From assembly GCF_009914755.1 (NCBI RefSeq), contig NC_060928.1: DNA of 64,000 nucleotides. One strand, written 5' to 3'. How positions within the stretch are numbered: position 1 is the first letter of the stretch; every line of letters starts with the position of its first letter. Below, one piece after another: positions 28,866-46,381 of the stretch. Origin of the DNA: the human T2T-CHM13v2.0 reference genome, Homo sapiens. The translations under genes were made by a program, and so were the position numbers. The notes under the pieces were generated by a model. The model searched no databases. It saw only the letters and a program-made list of their open reading frames with translations, and was not told the DNA's origin.

Positions 28866-30625
28866 CACTCTCTCCAGCCCCTGGCACCCACCATTCTACT
28901 CTCTACTTCGGTGAGTTTGACAATTTTATAATCCACATGTAAGTGATATCATACAGTATTTGTCTTTGCATGACTGGTTTATTTCACATTTAGTATAATG
29001 TTCTCAAGGTTCATCTGTATTGTTGCAAATGACAGCACTTCCTTTTATAAGGACGAATAATATTCCACTCTGTGTGCTGCACACGCACACATACATATCT
29101 GCTTTTCTTTGTCATTCTTCTGTCAAGGGACATTCAGATTATTTCCATATCTTGGCTTTTGTGAATAGTGCTGCAACAAACATGGGAGTGCAGGCATCTC
29201 TTCAAGATACTGATTTCATTTCCTTTGGAAATATACCCAGAAATGAGACTGCTGTATCATAAAGATAATTCTATTTTTAATTTCTTGAAGAATCTCTAAA
29301 CTGTTTTCTAAGGTGGCTATACCAATTGATATTCCCACCAACAGTGTACAAGAGTCCCCCATTTTCCACATTCTGGCCAACACTTTCCACCTTCTGGCCA
29401 ACATTCTCGCCACTCTAACAGGTGTGAGGGGATATCTTATTGTGGTTTTGATCAGCATTTCCCTGATGATTATTAATACTGAGCACCTTTTCATATACCT
29501 ATTAGATATTTGCATGTCTTTTATGGAGAAACATCTACTCAGGTGCTTTCTCACTTTTTAATCAGGTTATTTGAGTTTCGCTATGAGTTGCATGAGTCCC
29601 TTATGTACTTAAATTATTACCTACACCAATATCATGAGGCTCTCCCTGTTTTTACCTAGTAGCTTTTGGTTTCAGGTATTATATTAAAGTCTTTATTCCA
29701 TTTTGAGTTAGTTGTTGTATATGGTGTAAAATAAGGTCTAATTTTATTCTTCTGCATGAGGATATCCAGTTTTCCCAACACCATTTATTACAGAGACTAT
29801 CTTTCACCATTCCATGTTCTCAGAACCCTTGTTGAAGATCAGCTGACTGTAAATGCATGGATTTATTTCTGGTGTCTCTATTCCATTTCATTGGTCTATA
29901 TGTCTGTTTTCATGCCAGTACCATACTATTAAGATTACTGTAGCTTTGTAATATATTTTGATATCAGGAAATGACACTTTCAGTTTTTTTCTTGTTCAAG
30001 ACTGCTATGACTATTTGGGTTCTTTTGTGGTTCCATATGAATTTTAAGATTTTTTTTTCTATTTCTGTAAAGAATGCTATTGGAGGCCAGGCGCAATGGC
30101 TGATGCCTGTAATCCCAGCATTTTGGGAGGACGAGGTGGGCGGATCACCTGACGTCAGCAATTCAAGATGAACCTGGCTAACATGGTGAAATCCTGTCTC
30201 TACTAAAAATACAAAAAATTAGCTGAGCATGGTGGCACACACCAGTAGTCCCAGCTACTCAGGAGGCCGAGGCAGGGAATCACCTGAGCCTGCGAAGCGG
30301 AGTTGCAGTGAGCTGAGATGGCGCCACTGCACTCCAGCCTGGGTGAAAGAGCAAGACTCCATCTCAAAAAAAAAAAAAAAAAAAAAAAAGAACAAGAATG
30401 CTACTGGAATTTTTGATAAGGATTACGCTTAATCTACAGATCATTTTCGGTAGTACGAACATTGTAACAACATTAACTCTACCAATCCATGAACAAAAGA
30501 AATCTTTTTATTTATCAATGTCTTCTTTAATGTCCTTCATCAATGCTTTATTAAAGTGTACAAGTCTTTCACTTCTTTGATTAAGTTTATTTCTACGAAT
30601 TGCAGTCTTTCTATTGCTACTGCAA
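28866..30625 (-). mobile_element. L1MA/MB ORF2-3'UTR fragment
   Basis: Degenerate ORF2 C-terminal peptides (TTIRYPLTPVR; FFTEIEKKILKFIWNHKR). Confidence 0.9.
30085..30393 (+). mobile_element. AluS inserted in L1
   Basis: TSD aagaatgctattgga (30070-30084) and aagaatgctactgga (30394-30408). Confidence 0.93.
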
Positions 30626-30890
30626 ATGGGATTGCTTCCTACCTTTAAGAGAGGCCCCCAAGATAACAACTCATTCAAAGTACGATAGTGAAATAGAACT
30701 TGGATGAGAATCCAGGCCTTCCAACTCCCAGTTAAGTGGCCTTCACCAGGCTTACTTATATTAGGTATCAATTTTAAATTATAAAATACTTGGAAACTGT
30801 GACTCTAGTTAGCACGTTTATTTATTTGGCATCAGGTAACAATCAGAATGTGAAAATAATCTTTTTTGAGTTTTCTGAAATACATAAATC

Positions 30891-31188
30891 TTTTTTTTTT
30901 CTTTTGAAACTGGTTCTCGCTCTAATACCCAGTCTGGAGTGCAGTGGTGCAATCACTGTGCTCACTGCATCCTCGAACTCCTGGGCTCAAGTTATTCTCC
31001 CTCCTCAGCCTCCCTAGTAGCTGGGATGACAGCATGCACCACCATGCCTGTCTAATTTTTGTATTTTTTGTAGAGACATGGTTTTGTCCTGTTGCCCAGA
31101 CTGGTCTCAAACTCCTCAGCTGAAGCAATCTGCCTGCCTCGGCCTCCCAAAGTGCTGGGATTACAGGTATGAGCCACCGCACCTGGCC
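30891..31188 (-). mobile_element. AluJ
   Basis: Antisense dimer. Confidence 0.9.
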
Positions 31189-31323
31189 TCAACTTTCATT
31201 TTAATTTTAAAAATACACATGATCACATTATGACAAATACTATCTCACTATATATAACCCAGCTATTGCAATATGGTTATTTAATATTTTATCAGATACA
31301 AAAGGATACATACCAATCAGAAG

Positions 31324-32105
31324 TGACAAAGATTCTCTCCTTGACCAAACTCTAGTTAGGCTCTTCTGAATTCTCCTCTCAACTAGGCTTGGCTTTTAGC
31401 CTTCAGTGTTTGTCTCTACATTGTCCAATTAGAAACCTGCTAAGTAAGTTTAGCCAGAATTCCCATCCTAATATCTGATTGGGTGGCCAAATCTCCCGCC
31501 ATCCTCCAGGTGATGGATGTCTGATCACCCTGGCCTGCCTTCGGCAAAAATCTTGTTAGGTCAGTTTAGCCAGAAGCCGTAATGTTTCCTCTCAGTAATT
31601 TTCTATCCACTGACTGCCCCCCAACCCCAGCCCTGCTACTTGGCTATAACATGACCACTTTTCCTTGTTCTTTTCCAAGTTGAGCCGAGTCTCTCCCTTT
31701 CACTGCAAACCCCACTGGAATGATCCCTACATCTATCATGATGGTCTTGAATAAAGTCTGACACGTTGCTCTTTTACAAATGCCAGAGACCAGGCACAGT
31801 AGCTCACACCTGAAATTCCAACACTTTGGGAGGCCCAGGCAGGCAGATCCTTTAAGCTCAGGAGTTTGAGACCAGTTTGGGACACATGACAAAACCCCAT
31901 CTCTACAAAAAATACAAAAATTGGCCAGGCATGGTGCTGCATGCCTGTATTCCCAGCTACTAGGGAGGCTGAGATGAGGGGATTGCTTGGGTCTGGGGAC
32001 ATAAAGGCTGCAGTGAGCCATGAGCATGCCACTGTACTCCAGCCTGGGTTACAGAGTGAGACCCTGTCTCAAAAACAAGTGCCAGAATGAATAATTTTTT
32101 AAACA
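31324..32105 (+). mobile_element. ERV1 solo LTR (MER31-like) interrupted by an AluJ
   Basis: Starts TGACAAAGATTCTCTCCTTGACCAAACTCTAG, has AATAAA near 31750, ends ...AAACA; gaag / ggag flanks. Confidence 0.72.
31789..32075 (+). mobile_element. AluJ inserted in the LTR
   Basis: TSD acaaatgccaga / acaagtgccaga. Confidence 0.9.
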
Positions 32106-32235
32106 GGAGCTCAGTGGGTTTACTGGTACTTCTCAATTACTCAGATAATCTCAATGATGGGGGAAAAAATCAGATTCCTCCTTTGCTCCTAATGTACCAA
32201 ATAACACTTCAGCATATCAGTTTTCTGAACCATGG

Positions 32236-32872
32236 TGGGACAGGATAATAGGGTCTGGAGACAGGGCATCTAAGGCCAATATGTGTTGACTTCGTAAAGA
32301 TGAATCAAGGTTAAACACCAAGGTCTGGGGGCAAGAGATCTAAGGCCAACTCCTGCTGACTTCCCAAAGGTGGATCAAAAAGAAAACACCTGGGTCTGGA
32401 ACTTCCAAAAGCTAAACCAAAAGGAAATGCCCCATCTCCCCAGGCCAGAGTAGCAAAGGATCAAAGGCTATCTCCCTAACCCTCCCCTTTCCACCACGTC
32501 CTAGATGGAAGGGGAAAGTGCCCTGGATGGGCTGTGGGCCAAGCTCAGGCCATCCCTTCATCTGCATAGGGCACCAATTCACCGCAGCCTTTAATTAGCC
32601 ATGGACCAAATCCTTCATCCAGATAAGGGGTAGCTGATAGGGACCTCAAAAGGAACACTTAAAACCCAGAAAACTTTGTAACCAGGCCCTTGAGCCACTT
32701 GCTTGGGCCCACTCCCACCCTGTGGAGTGCTTTCTCGCTTTAATAAATCCCTGTTTTTGCTGCTTCATTCCTTCGTTACTTGTGCTTCATTGCGTGTGCA
32801 TTTTGTCCAGTTCTTTGTGGAAAACGCCAAGGACCTGGACATCTCACACTTCAGGCCTGCTCTCTGGTAACC
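32236..32872 (+). mobile_element. ERV1 (MER4-group-like) solo LTR, exact family uncertain
   Basis: TG start, internal ~70-bp repeats, TTAAAA box, AATAAA at 32742, end ...ctggtaac; ATGG on both flanks as a 4-bp TSD. Confidence 0.8.
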
Positions 32873-33889
32873 ATGGCTTTGTCTACATTTAAATGTTTAC
32901 ATTTAAAACATAATTCAGACGAAGAGGTAACATGTCTAAAATATTCTTCAGCAGTGAAAGAGCAGAAAGAATAGGCACTTATCAAACCTTTATAAACACA
33001 CCCGTATAATAAATCAGGTAACTTCAGGAGAAAGGCTCTAAACACCCTTGAATCTTGAGTTTCTTTCATTTATAAAATCTTTCCTCATGAACTTTTTATA
33101 AAACTTAAATAACATCATTTCTGTAACATGCCAAGCACACTAGTTACATTCAATAAATGTTATCTTTTCTTCCTTTACCTTGATCATGAAACATTTAATT
33201 TTTATATGCATTTTTAGTTATTTAAACAAGCAAAGCAAAGGAAATACTATAAGCCCCTACAGTGCTATGTTTTAGAGACTTGCAAAATGACACAAAAAAT
33301 TAAGGAATAATTTATTTCTCAGTTGGATGTAGAATAAGAGGTTTAGAAAGCAATAAAGAAAAGATATGCAAAATAAGAACAAACCACAGAAGAATGTTTT
33401 CGCTTAATTTTAATGTTAGTAAGCGTTTTCAAACTATTTATAAGGATTATTGTGTATAAGAACTGGCTTTCTAATACAAACCCTATTTGGGTTCATAAGA
33501 AAAAATAATGTTAGGACTGCCAGCAGGGGCTTATTTAAATAGCAATGAGATAATTACTGCAAACCCAGATAGTATTTCTTAATCTAATCTCTTATGTTAA
33601 TAAGAGAAAACCACTTTAAACTTGCTCACCCAAAATCATTTAAACAGTTTTCCATTACTTAAATCATGATGGGTATAGATCAAGTAAATAGGCTAAATTT
33701 TTAAAATATATTTGTCAAGTAACTAGCTGCGTTTGAGTAGCTCTGCTGAAAACTTTAAATAACTTTCCTAACTCTTTAATTATATAAGCGAAGAAACAAA
33801 ACACACTAGCTACATTCAATAAATGTAATGTAAGCTCATATGGCTAAGTGAAATCTTACAGTTTCATCAAAGAATTATAAGCAATTCCT

Positions 33890-34468
<579 letters not shown>

Positions 34469-37400
34469 TCAAGGAGAGTCATTATCATATTTTAGCCCAG
34501 ACTATGAGATACTACAAGATTAGCCCAGTCTATGGACCCATCATACTATATATACCCTGAGCTACCCAATTTCTCAGATTTATTTAAACATTTTTTGGTG
34601 TGCTTAATTTTTTTCCTACAGAAAAACATATTCCAAAGCCAAAAGCAACTCACCTCCATTTAAGAATATTTCACTTACATAAAATTTACAACAGCAACTG
34701 TTGAAATCTCCCTGCTGCCTTTCTGGAACCCTTTCTACAACAGCTCCCACCGCTATCTTGGGAGCGGAAATTGCAACCACTAATAGAAGCCCTAAAGGTA
34801 GATTTATCTTAATAGTTAAAAGGCAGTTAGGTTACTTGGTATGATTAATACAGTATAATTCAATTATGTTATGGAATAAATAAACTTTGGAAGGCTGACC
34901 TGAGATCCCCAGCATTCTCCGAGTTTTTATACATATGTTAAAATTTTGTATAAAAGATTTGCAAAAGGATTCTTGTAACGCAATACTTCCGTAAAATGTG
35001 ACTGCATAATACTGACAAGTTGTGCATTCTACATACGTTTGCTAACCTGTAGTTCAGGTCATTTAGCTTGGTAATCACTGACCAGTATCCTCAGTGGAAG
35101 GCACAGTACAGGGAGAGTGAGCTCAGGAATGAGATGCACTTCAGCTGACCTAAAACTTACACAAGATATATCCCAGATCTTGGCATCATTAGGAATTTAT
35201 TTCTGACATCTCAAATTCCAAAATCTCACTCTGGTCTTTTAATCCATCTCCCTTTCTCACTCGCTGAATCTGTGGTCTTCACTAGAATCACTTATCCTTT
35301 GACTTCTCCCAATTGTTCAATAGAGGTGAGACTATATTTAATTCTCATCAGTATCTTCACGCCCCCTGCATTCCTGGCCTATACACCTTCTCAACATGTA
35401 TTCATACCTCCAAGAACCCAGCCACATCATTTCTTCTTTTCTAATTTTGGGTTGCTGGGTACTACAGAGAAAACTCTATAATTCTGCAGACTGGTTACAA
35501 TAAAAAGTTATTATTTTCTACTTCTTTCCATAAATAAAAACTAATAATTCCAAATAGATTAAAGATGTCCATGTAAAGAAACAATACAATATTAGTAGCA
35601 AATATAAAAGGAATACTTATACTTTAGAGTAAATCTTTAAAAGGGAAAAAAAGACAAACTTATGGCCAAAAATACCACAAACTTAAAAGATAAGAAACAA
35701 ATAGGCAAAAAATATTTGCAGCCCTTCTAACAAAGTATTAATAACTAGGATATCCATGGAACTCAGACTCAACTACCCTAGAGCATAGTAGATATGGAAT
35801 ACAAATAGACTACTCCCAGTAAAAAACACTACACAACACATATGAAGAGGTACTTAAAATCACTAATCCAAGAAATGCAAATAAAAACAAAGTACAATTT
35901 TTCATCATTACTTTGGTAAAACTAATAGGATTTCTCTTCATAGACAGCAAGAAGTACTAAGTAAAATGGAAATTACTACACATATAAGTCAACAAGAAGC
36001 TATCCTGTAGAAATATTCACACAGATCACAAAGATGTCATACAATGTGAATTACCGCATTATGTTATTATAATCATTTGCGATACTGAAAAAGTTGGAAA
36101 CAGTCTAGTCCTTTAACAGATCAATAGGTAATTCACGGTACATCCATGTCATGGAATACTGTTAAAAGAACATGTACTAATATGAAAAGAAAAGTTAAAT
36201 AAAAAACAAAATAAGGGATTTAGCACCAAAATGTAAAGAGCTTTGAAATCATCTCCTGTTCTTACACAAAAAACCACTGGATCAACTCTAACTCAAGGAC
36301 TTTTCTTGGACCCATCAAAGAACTGAGGTCGCAGGGCAAACAAACCCCAGAAATCCAGAGTCACAGGTGAAATCAGCCTACCTGGATAAGAAGTCTCTGC
36401 AGCCATGAACTGGTAGGAACACCTCAATGGTAAGTGGGACAAACTGGTGGTGGTTGAAAGTGGACTAGCATGAGAGGGAGAAATGCCGGGACCACAACTT
36501 TCCAGGGTTGCAATCACACTAGGTTTTCAAGATCTGAGAAAGATCCCCTCCCTGGCTCAAGCAGAGAAGGGGAAGAGTGAGTAATCACTGTGAAATGCTC
36601 TCAGAGTATTCTCCATAACAAAGGCCTACACTGCAGGATGAAAGATTTTATCAGAGCCTTATCTTTCCTGGGGGAAGGGCATTTCTTCCACTCCAGCCCC
36701 TTTGCCTTCTGGTCTCACTTGAGGTCCAGGAAGGGAAAAGGAAGAATAAAGGAAGCAAAGCCCAGGGGAAACACTTGGAAGGTCACAGCCCAGAGTCCAG
36801 GTCCACTAAAACACTGATATTTAGTAATAAGATTATAAAACATTTCCCCTTCCTCCAAACTTTCACCATACCAACAGGGCTCTAAAAAAAAAAAAGAAAT
36901 GCTAGAAATCAAAAGCACTCTAACAGATATGAAGAATGCTTTGATAGGCTCAGCAGTAGATGGATACTGCTGAGGAAAGAGTCAGTGAGTTGAAGATAGG
37001 TCAACAGAAACTTCTAGAAAGAGAAGGGAGCAACAGCATATTTAAAGTAATAATGACAAAGAACTTTGAGAACTTTGCAAAATTAATGACAAACACCAAA
37101 CCACAGATACAGGAAGCCCAGAGAACGCCAACATGATAAATACCTAAAAGACTACATGTAGGCATATTATATTCAAACTGCAGTGAATCAAACATAAAGA
37201 GAAAATCATGGAAGCATGATGAGGTAGGGGGATAACAGGAAGGGAAAACACAGTATCAAAAAAGGAACAAGGATAAAAATTATAGTGGGCTTCTCATCTA
37301 AAACATGCAAGCAAAAAGAGAAGGAGTGAAATAGTTTAAACATTAGGAGAAAAGCCCACCAACCTAACATACCAATTTCCCACCCACCAAATTCCTAGGC

Positions 37401-37626
37401 ATTCTATATCTAATAAAATTATCCTTCAAAAATGAAGAAAGAATAAAGACTTCCTCAGATAAGCAAAAACTGAGAGAACTTGTTGTGAGGAGATCTTCTC
37501 TGCAAGAAATGTTAAAAGTTCTTCAGGAAGAAGAAAAAATGATAGGGGTCAGTAAATTGTATCTATATTAATGAAAGAAAGAACACTGGATAAGGAATAA
37601 ATGAAGGTAATATAACATTTTTATCC

Positions 37627-37929
37627 TTTTTTTTTTCTTTTTTCTTTTTTTGAGACAGGATTTCACTCTGTTACCAGGGCTGGAGTGCAGGTGCAATCCC
37701 AGCCCACTGCAGCCTCAAACTCCCGTGATCAAGTGATCCTCCCACCTCAGTCTTCTGAGTAGTTGGGACTACAGGAGCATACCACCACGGCCAGTTAATT
37801 TTTGTATTTTCTGTAGAGCTAGGTATTTGCCATGTTTCCCAGGCTAGTCTCAAACTCCTGGCTCAAGTGATCTGCTCACCTCAGCCTCCCAAAGTGCGAG
37901 GATTACAGGCATGAGCCATCATGCCTAGC
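37627..37929 (-). mobile_element. AluJ
   Basis: Antisense dimer within L1. Confidence 0.9.
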
Positions 37930-38182
37930 TTTTAATTATTCCTAATTGATGTAAAAGATAACTGAATGTTTAAAAATAGCAGTAATGTGTTGGATGATTA
38001 TAGCTTATGAATAAGTAAGATAAATGGGAGCAATATCACAAGGGAGAGGAGGGAGGAGCTGGTAATGCTATTGCAAGAAACCTGCAGTATACCTCAGTGA
38101 TACAAAGTGTCATATGAAGGCAGATCAAGATAAGCAAAAGGTGAATGCTGGCATCTAGGGGAACCATTAAGTTTAATATGCT

Positions 38183-38509
<327 letters not shown>

Positions 38510-39759
38510 TCATAGAAAATGCTGTTAAAACCTGAGAAGGCAAGAAAAGAAGGGAGGAAGAACAAAGAACAAATGCAACAAATAGAACACAGTTACAAAC
38601 ATGACAGATATTTATCCTACTAAATCAATAATCATTATAAATGTGAGTGGTCTAAATACACCAATTAAAGGATAGAGAATGTCAGAGGGGATTAAAAACT
38701 CAAATCCCATAGACAATATAGTATCTATATGAATGTAACTTTAAACATAAATAATCAGATAGGTTAAAGGTAAAGAGATGGAGAGAAATATACCATGCTA
38801 ACTCTAATCAAAGGAAAGCTGGATTCTATTGACTTACCCTTGAAATAAAAAAGATTTTTAAAAAAAGCAGGATGCAGTAGCTAAATTAATTTTACAAGAT
38901 GTAGTCTTTCGGATAAGAAAATAGTATCAGGGATAAAAAGAGGCATTATATACCGACAAAGGGATCATTTCTCCAAGAAGACATAACAATCCTTAACGTG
39001 TATAGGTCTAAAAGGAATATAAAAATATGTAGGGCAAAAACTGAACTGAAGGGAGAAAGAGACAAATTGATTATTGGAGTTTGAGACAGCACTCATACAT
39101 TAATTGATAAATCAAGCATGCAGGAAATCAATACATATATAGTTTACCTGAACAGCACTGTCATTAAACTAGATCTACAGTTGACATTTATAGGATACTT
39201 GATCCAACAACAGCAGAATACACATTCTTCTCAAATTCACGTGAAACATTCACCAAGACAGACCACACTCTGTGCTATAAACACACCTTCACAAATTTAA
39301 AAGAACAGAAATCATACAAAGTATGCTCCCAGGTCAGAATGGAATTAAAAGAGAAATTTGGAAATTAAACAACACACTTCTAAATAAACATATGGTCCAA
39401 AGACTGGTCAAGAGAAACTGAAACACATTTTGAACTAAATGAAAATACAACTTATCAACATGCATAAAATGCAGCAAAAGCTGTTCTTTGAGGAAAAAAT
39501 TTTCCTCACAGAACTAAATGTATACATTATAAAAGAAGAACGATCTAAGGATTAATAAACTACACTTCTACCTTAGGAAACTAGAAAAAGAAAAGTAGTT
39601 TGAGCTTAAAGAAAGCAGAAAAAAGAAATAATCAAAATTAGGGCAGAAATTATTGAAACTGAAAAAAACAGAGAAAATCAATAAAACCGAATGCTTGCTC
39701 TTGGAAATGATCAGTAAACTTAGTGTAAATCTCACTAACATATGACTGGTGTCTTGTTC

Positions 39760-40077
39760 GTTTTTTTGTGTTTTTTTATTGTTTGTTTGTTTGTTTTGAG
39801 ACAGGGTCTCAATCTGTAACCCATGCTGGAGTGCAGCGGTATGATCAGGGCTCAGTGTAGCCTCAACCTCCTGTACTTAGGTAATTCTCCTGTCTCGGCC
39901 TCCCTAGTACAAGGCTACAGGCATGCACAGCCACGCCTGGGTAATTTTTGTATTTTTTGTAGAGATGGAGTTTCGCCATGTTGCCCAGGATGTTCTCGCA
40001 CTCCTGGACTCAAGCAATTCACCCGCCTCGGACTCACAAAATGCTGGAATTACAGGTGTGAGCCACCGCCCCAGGCC
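39760..40077 (-). mobile_element. AluJ
   Basis: Antisense dimer with (TTTG)n tail. Confidence 0.9.
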
Positions 40078-40128
40078 TGGTGTCCTGTTCTTACAGCTCC
40101 TAAGTTATCTTCTGATAAACCAAGCAGA

Positions 40129-40508
<380 letters not shown>

Positions 40509-40764
40509 TCAGCATCATTTACCAGTAAGCCACCACCTCTTTCACTCTAAATTCTGCCACACTGAAAGTATCTCCCAGACTGTTAGGCCCTTTCAGTCCT
40601 CTATGTATTATGTATATTGTTTTCTCTGCTAATGATGCCCCCTCCTCTGCTTTTCCAAGTAGTCTAAAACTCAGCTCTAAGGTCACCTTCTCAGAGAAGT
40701 CTTCCCCAAATCTCCAGGCAAGTTTGTTGTTCAGCTTTTGGCCTACCATGAAACTTTAGTTATA

Positions 40765-42284
<1,520 letters not shown>

Positions 42285-43344
42285 TAGTCTGTTACAGAAT
42301 ATTCATCATTAAGAGAGACAGTATAACATATTAGTTACACAGGCTTTGCAATTAATTGTATTACTAACTATTTAACCTCAAGTCAGATACGTTCTGTGTG
42401 TAAGATTCCTTATCTGGAAAAAAAGAATAATTATCAGAACCTAACTCATGGTGTTATTTGTAGAAATTAGGTAATTTATTACATGGAAAGCACTTAGATT
42501 AGTATTTGGCACAAGTGCTCAGTAAGAGAGGGCTATTATTACTGTTATTCTACCGTAATGTACATTTACCAGTAAATGGTTATTTATTCCCATTAGCAAT
42601 AATTTTCTCAATAAAGAGAACCAAATCTTATTTAAGTTTGTATCCTTAGTTCATAGTAAGTGGTTGGTGAATAATAAATGTTAAAAAAAAAAAACTTACA
42701 TAGAGTTATGTAACTGGTAAGTGACAGCACTAGATTTTCTGTTCAGATATTCTGAGTTCTGGGTGTGTATTTTACTGTTTCTCACAAAAACTTACATATT
42801 ACAACATGAAAAAATGTTTAAGCTTACAATTTACGTATCCTAGTTCTCATCCTAAAGAAAGCTTTTGCAGGACATCTTACGTATCTCCTGATAAAAATTA
42901 CATTAATCATTTGTTCTAAATTGAAAAGTTACCAACTTGCTTAGAGATAATTTCATGCTATTAAATTATCAATATCTTGCATCAAACTATAAATTCCTTG
43001 AAAGAAGGCTACGCTCTCCAAATCCTTTAACATATAGCTAAGTATCTGGTACATAGCAGAACTGAAGGAATATATGTATGATTGATTCTCATAACTTTAA
43101 GGAAAAGTACAAATTTTAAGGCTCTTTATTATCTAGCCCCTGCATAGGCCTGACGTTCTTCATGCCCTACTATTCTACTTTAACCACACCCGTCTACTGC
43201 AGGCCTCCTTGCTCTGCCTGCACGCACCCTGAGCCCTCTCCTGGGGGCTCTCCCCGTCTGGCTCTTCTACATCCAGATGATTATGAATCATCCTTTAAAT
43301 CTGAGCTCAACTGTCCCTCTTCTAAGAAGCTTTCCAGCTTTCCT

Positions 43345-43620
<276 letters not shown>

Positions 43621-45934
43621 TGACAGATGCCTCACCGTCTTGGTTCCCATAGCATCCTGTGTACATCTTTATCATTGCATTTATCACATCATGTAACTGT
43701 TGTTTTGACTGTCTTTTTCAACACCAGACAATGTAAGATTATGGAAGGCAAAGGTCATATCCTATTCAACTTTTTTTTCCTGAATACCTGACATGGTACC
43801 TGACAAATAAGAAATGGACAAAAAAATGATTCATAAATGAGTAAACGGTGCTGAATAAGAGTTTAGAAGATAAATGATTTAGAGGCAGCTCAAGGACTAG
43901 TTAAGGTGATTTAAAATAGACCAAAGGGGGCAAATTTTTTCTTTAAATTTCTTATCTGTTTATTTTAAAACAAGAAAACTTAGAAGACAACTTTGTTTTT
44001 TATGGTTTGTTTAAAATCAATTACATAACTAACAAAAATGACCATTTTTGTTAAGATTGTTGGGTACCCCATAATGTACTTTTTAAAACATGTTCAGTTA
44101 AAACTGATATAAATTCAGAAAATAAGAACTATTTAAGAGAAGGCAGGGGCAGAAGGAAAAAAATTACTAACAGAGAGTTAGGTTTGGGTGGTAAACAGAT
44201 GATGACAAAAGGCAATAAGCCAGAATCCTCCGCTGGAAATTCAAGCATCAACAACATACTGAGGACAAGGAACATCCCAAAGAGGAAAACAGCTCACTAG
44301 TGTCATAAGAAATCATGACTGAATGAGGCTGGAATGTATGTTAAGACCTAAAAGTGATCAAAGGAAAATGACAAATGCCAAAAGATTGTGCAGAATTACA
44401 CTGGTAAAACCTCACAAATGAAAAAAATATGAATAAAGCAATGATATCAACAAAAATAATAATGGTAAAATAGATGTTGGCTTCTTCACAGATTAATTAT
44501 ACTATTGATTAATTAGAATGAGGAGTTTTATTGTTATTTTACATTTTTCACAAAATATCAAAATTTATACATCCAAATGAATTTTGCTCTTCCAATTAGT
44601 TATGTTGGAAAGCTATGTATACATAATGATGTTGACATGGTTCGAAATGCTTTAAAAAATTCCTCTCTACAAACTGCTTTAAGAGCATTTTGTAAGCTAC
44701 ATCTTAAAATCCGTATCATCATACATCACGTGTTACCAAAAATGGAATTTCCCAGTGTACTCATGTGCTTTAGTTTCAAAACTTCCTCAAAATATCTTCT
44801 GCCTGTTACTAAATGTCAAATCCATTTAAAAGATTGAAAATTCACCACTAATAACCAAAAGGCTGCACTGCACACTCTGTGTTTGCATCCCCACCTGTAA
44901 TAGCATTGCTGAAATTTAATTCCTTAAGTGTCTACTATATATAAGGAACTAAGGGAATGCCGACTTCAGTTTTTACTCTGCCGATAATGTGGCTATATTC
45001 ATTTTCCTAAAATTTCAAACAGATCAGAATACAACTTTCCTTAAAAGTGACAACAATGGCTGCAATGGACTAGAGACAAAACTTTTGCAAGGTATAAAAA
45101 GGCTGCTCAAAATCTGGTGGGTCCCTAATTTTGAAGCTGTATCTTCTGCCCTAGCCCTCCCCTCATCCCATGCTCATACCACATCACCTATCTGCTGTTC
45201 CCTGGACACACCATGCAATTTCAAACCCTTGATGCTTCTCCCAGATGGTCTTTGTTTGAAATAACAGATTTTTCTACTACATGGCTACCTATCATAGGTA
45301 GTTCATGACTGTACTTAATCTTAAAGCAATGTGAACACAGCTATATAGTAGTAACTTGATCATTGATTCAAAGAAATATTTATCAACTCACTCCCAACCC
45401 ACCTGAATTTCTCTCTGTTCCAGCCACGACTAGCTCTACTTTCAGCAGCTTATATTCACTATGTTCTTGTCACCACAGCAATTGAAGACATCTGAAGACA
45501 TTAATTTGAAAAGCAAATCTTTAAAAATGTTTAGAAGAAAATGCTGGAAAGTACAACCTCAGGTTAAGGAAGAAATGTCTTAAAATGAAACAAAACAAAA
45601 ATTATACATACACACACACACACACACACAAAATTGGCCTTATCAAAATTAACTTCTGTACATCAAAATAAAAAAAAAGTAAACACAAGCTAGAAATTGG
45701 GAGAGAAATATTTGCAACATCTATAATGAACAAAAAAGCATTACATTCAAAATATGCGAAGAATGTCTTCAAGTCAATGAGAGAAAGGCAAACAACCCAA
45801 TAGAAAAATGAACAAAAGACAAATAGGCATTTCACAGAAAAGGAAACATGAATGGCCACAAAAATATGAAAAGCTACACAACCTTGTTAGTCATAAATGA
45901 AATGCAAATTAACATAACAACGAGTTAACGTTTG

Positions 45935-46381
45935 TGTGAGGCAGAATAATGGCCCCTAAAGACGTCTCTACTACATCCTAATCTCTAGAACCTGTATGTT
46001 ACATTATGTGGCCAAAAGGACTTTGCAAATGTGATTAAGTAAAGGGCCTTGCAATGGGGAGATTATTCTATATTGTTTGAGCAAGCTTGAAATAATCACA
46101 AAGAAGGAGTCAGGAGAGAGAAGGAGATGTGACCAGGAAGCAGAGGTTGGAGTGATATGGACATCAGCCAGGAATGAGGGTAGCCACTGGAAGATGAAAA
46201 AGGCAAGGAACAGATTCTCCCCTAGAGCGTCCAGAAAGAATGCAGCTCTATGAACACCTTGATTTTAGCCCTGCAAGACCAGTTTTGGACTTCTGACCTC
46301 CAAAATTGTAAGACACTAAGTTTGTAATGTTTCAAGTAAGAACATGGTCATTTGTTACAAGAGCAATAGGACATCAATATA
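45935..46381 (+). mobile_element. MLT1 (MLT1D-like) MaLR LTR inserted in L1M
   Basis: tgtgaggcagaataatggccccta...gattctcccctagagcgtccagaaagaatgcagc...tttgttacaagagcaatagg; L1 sequence on both sides. Confidence 0.85.

Noticed and set aside
29216-30161. L1 ORF2-like peptides as an active element
   Set aside because: Fragmented, frameshifted and interrupted by an Alu.
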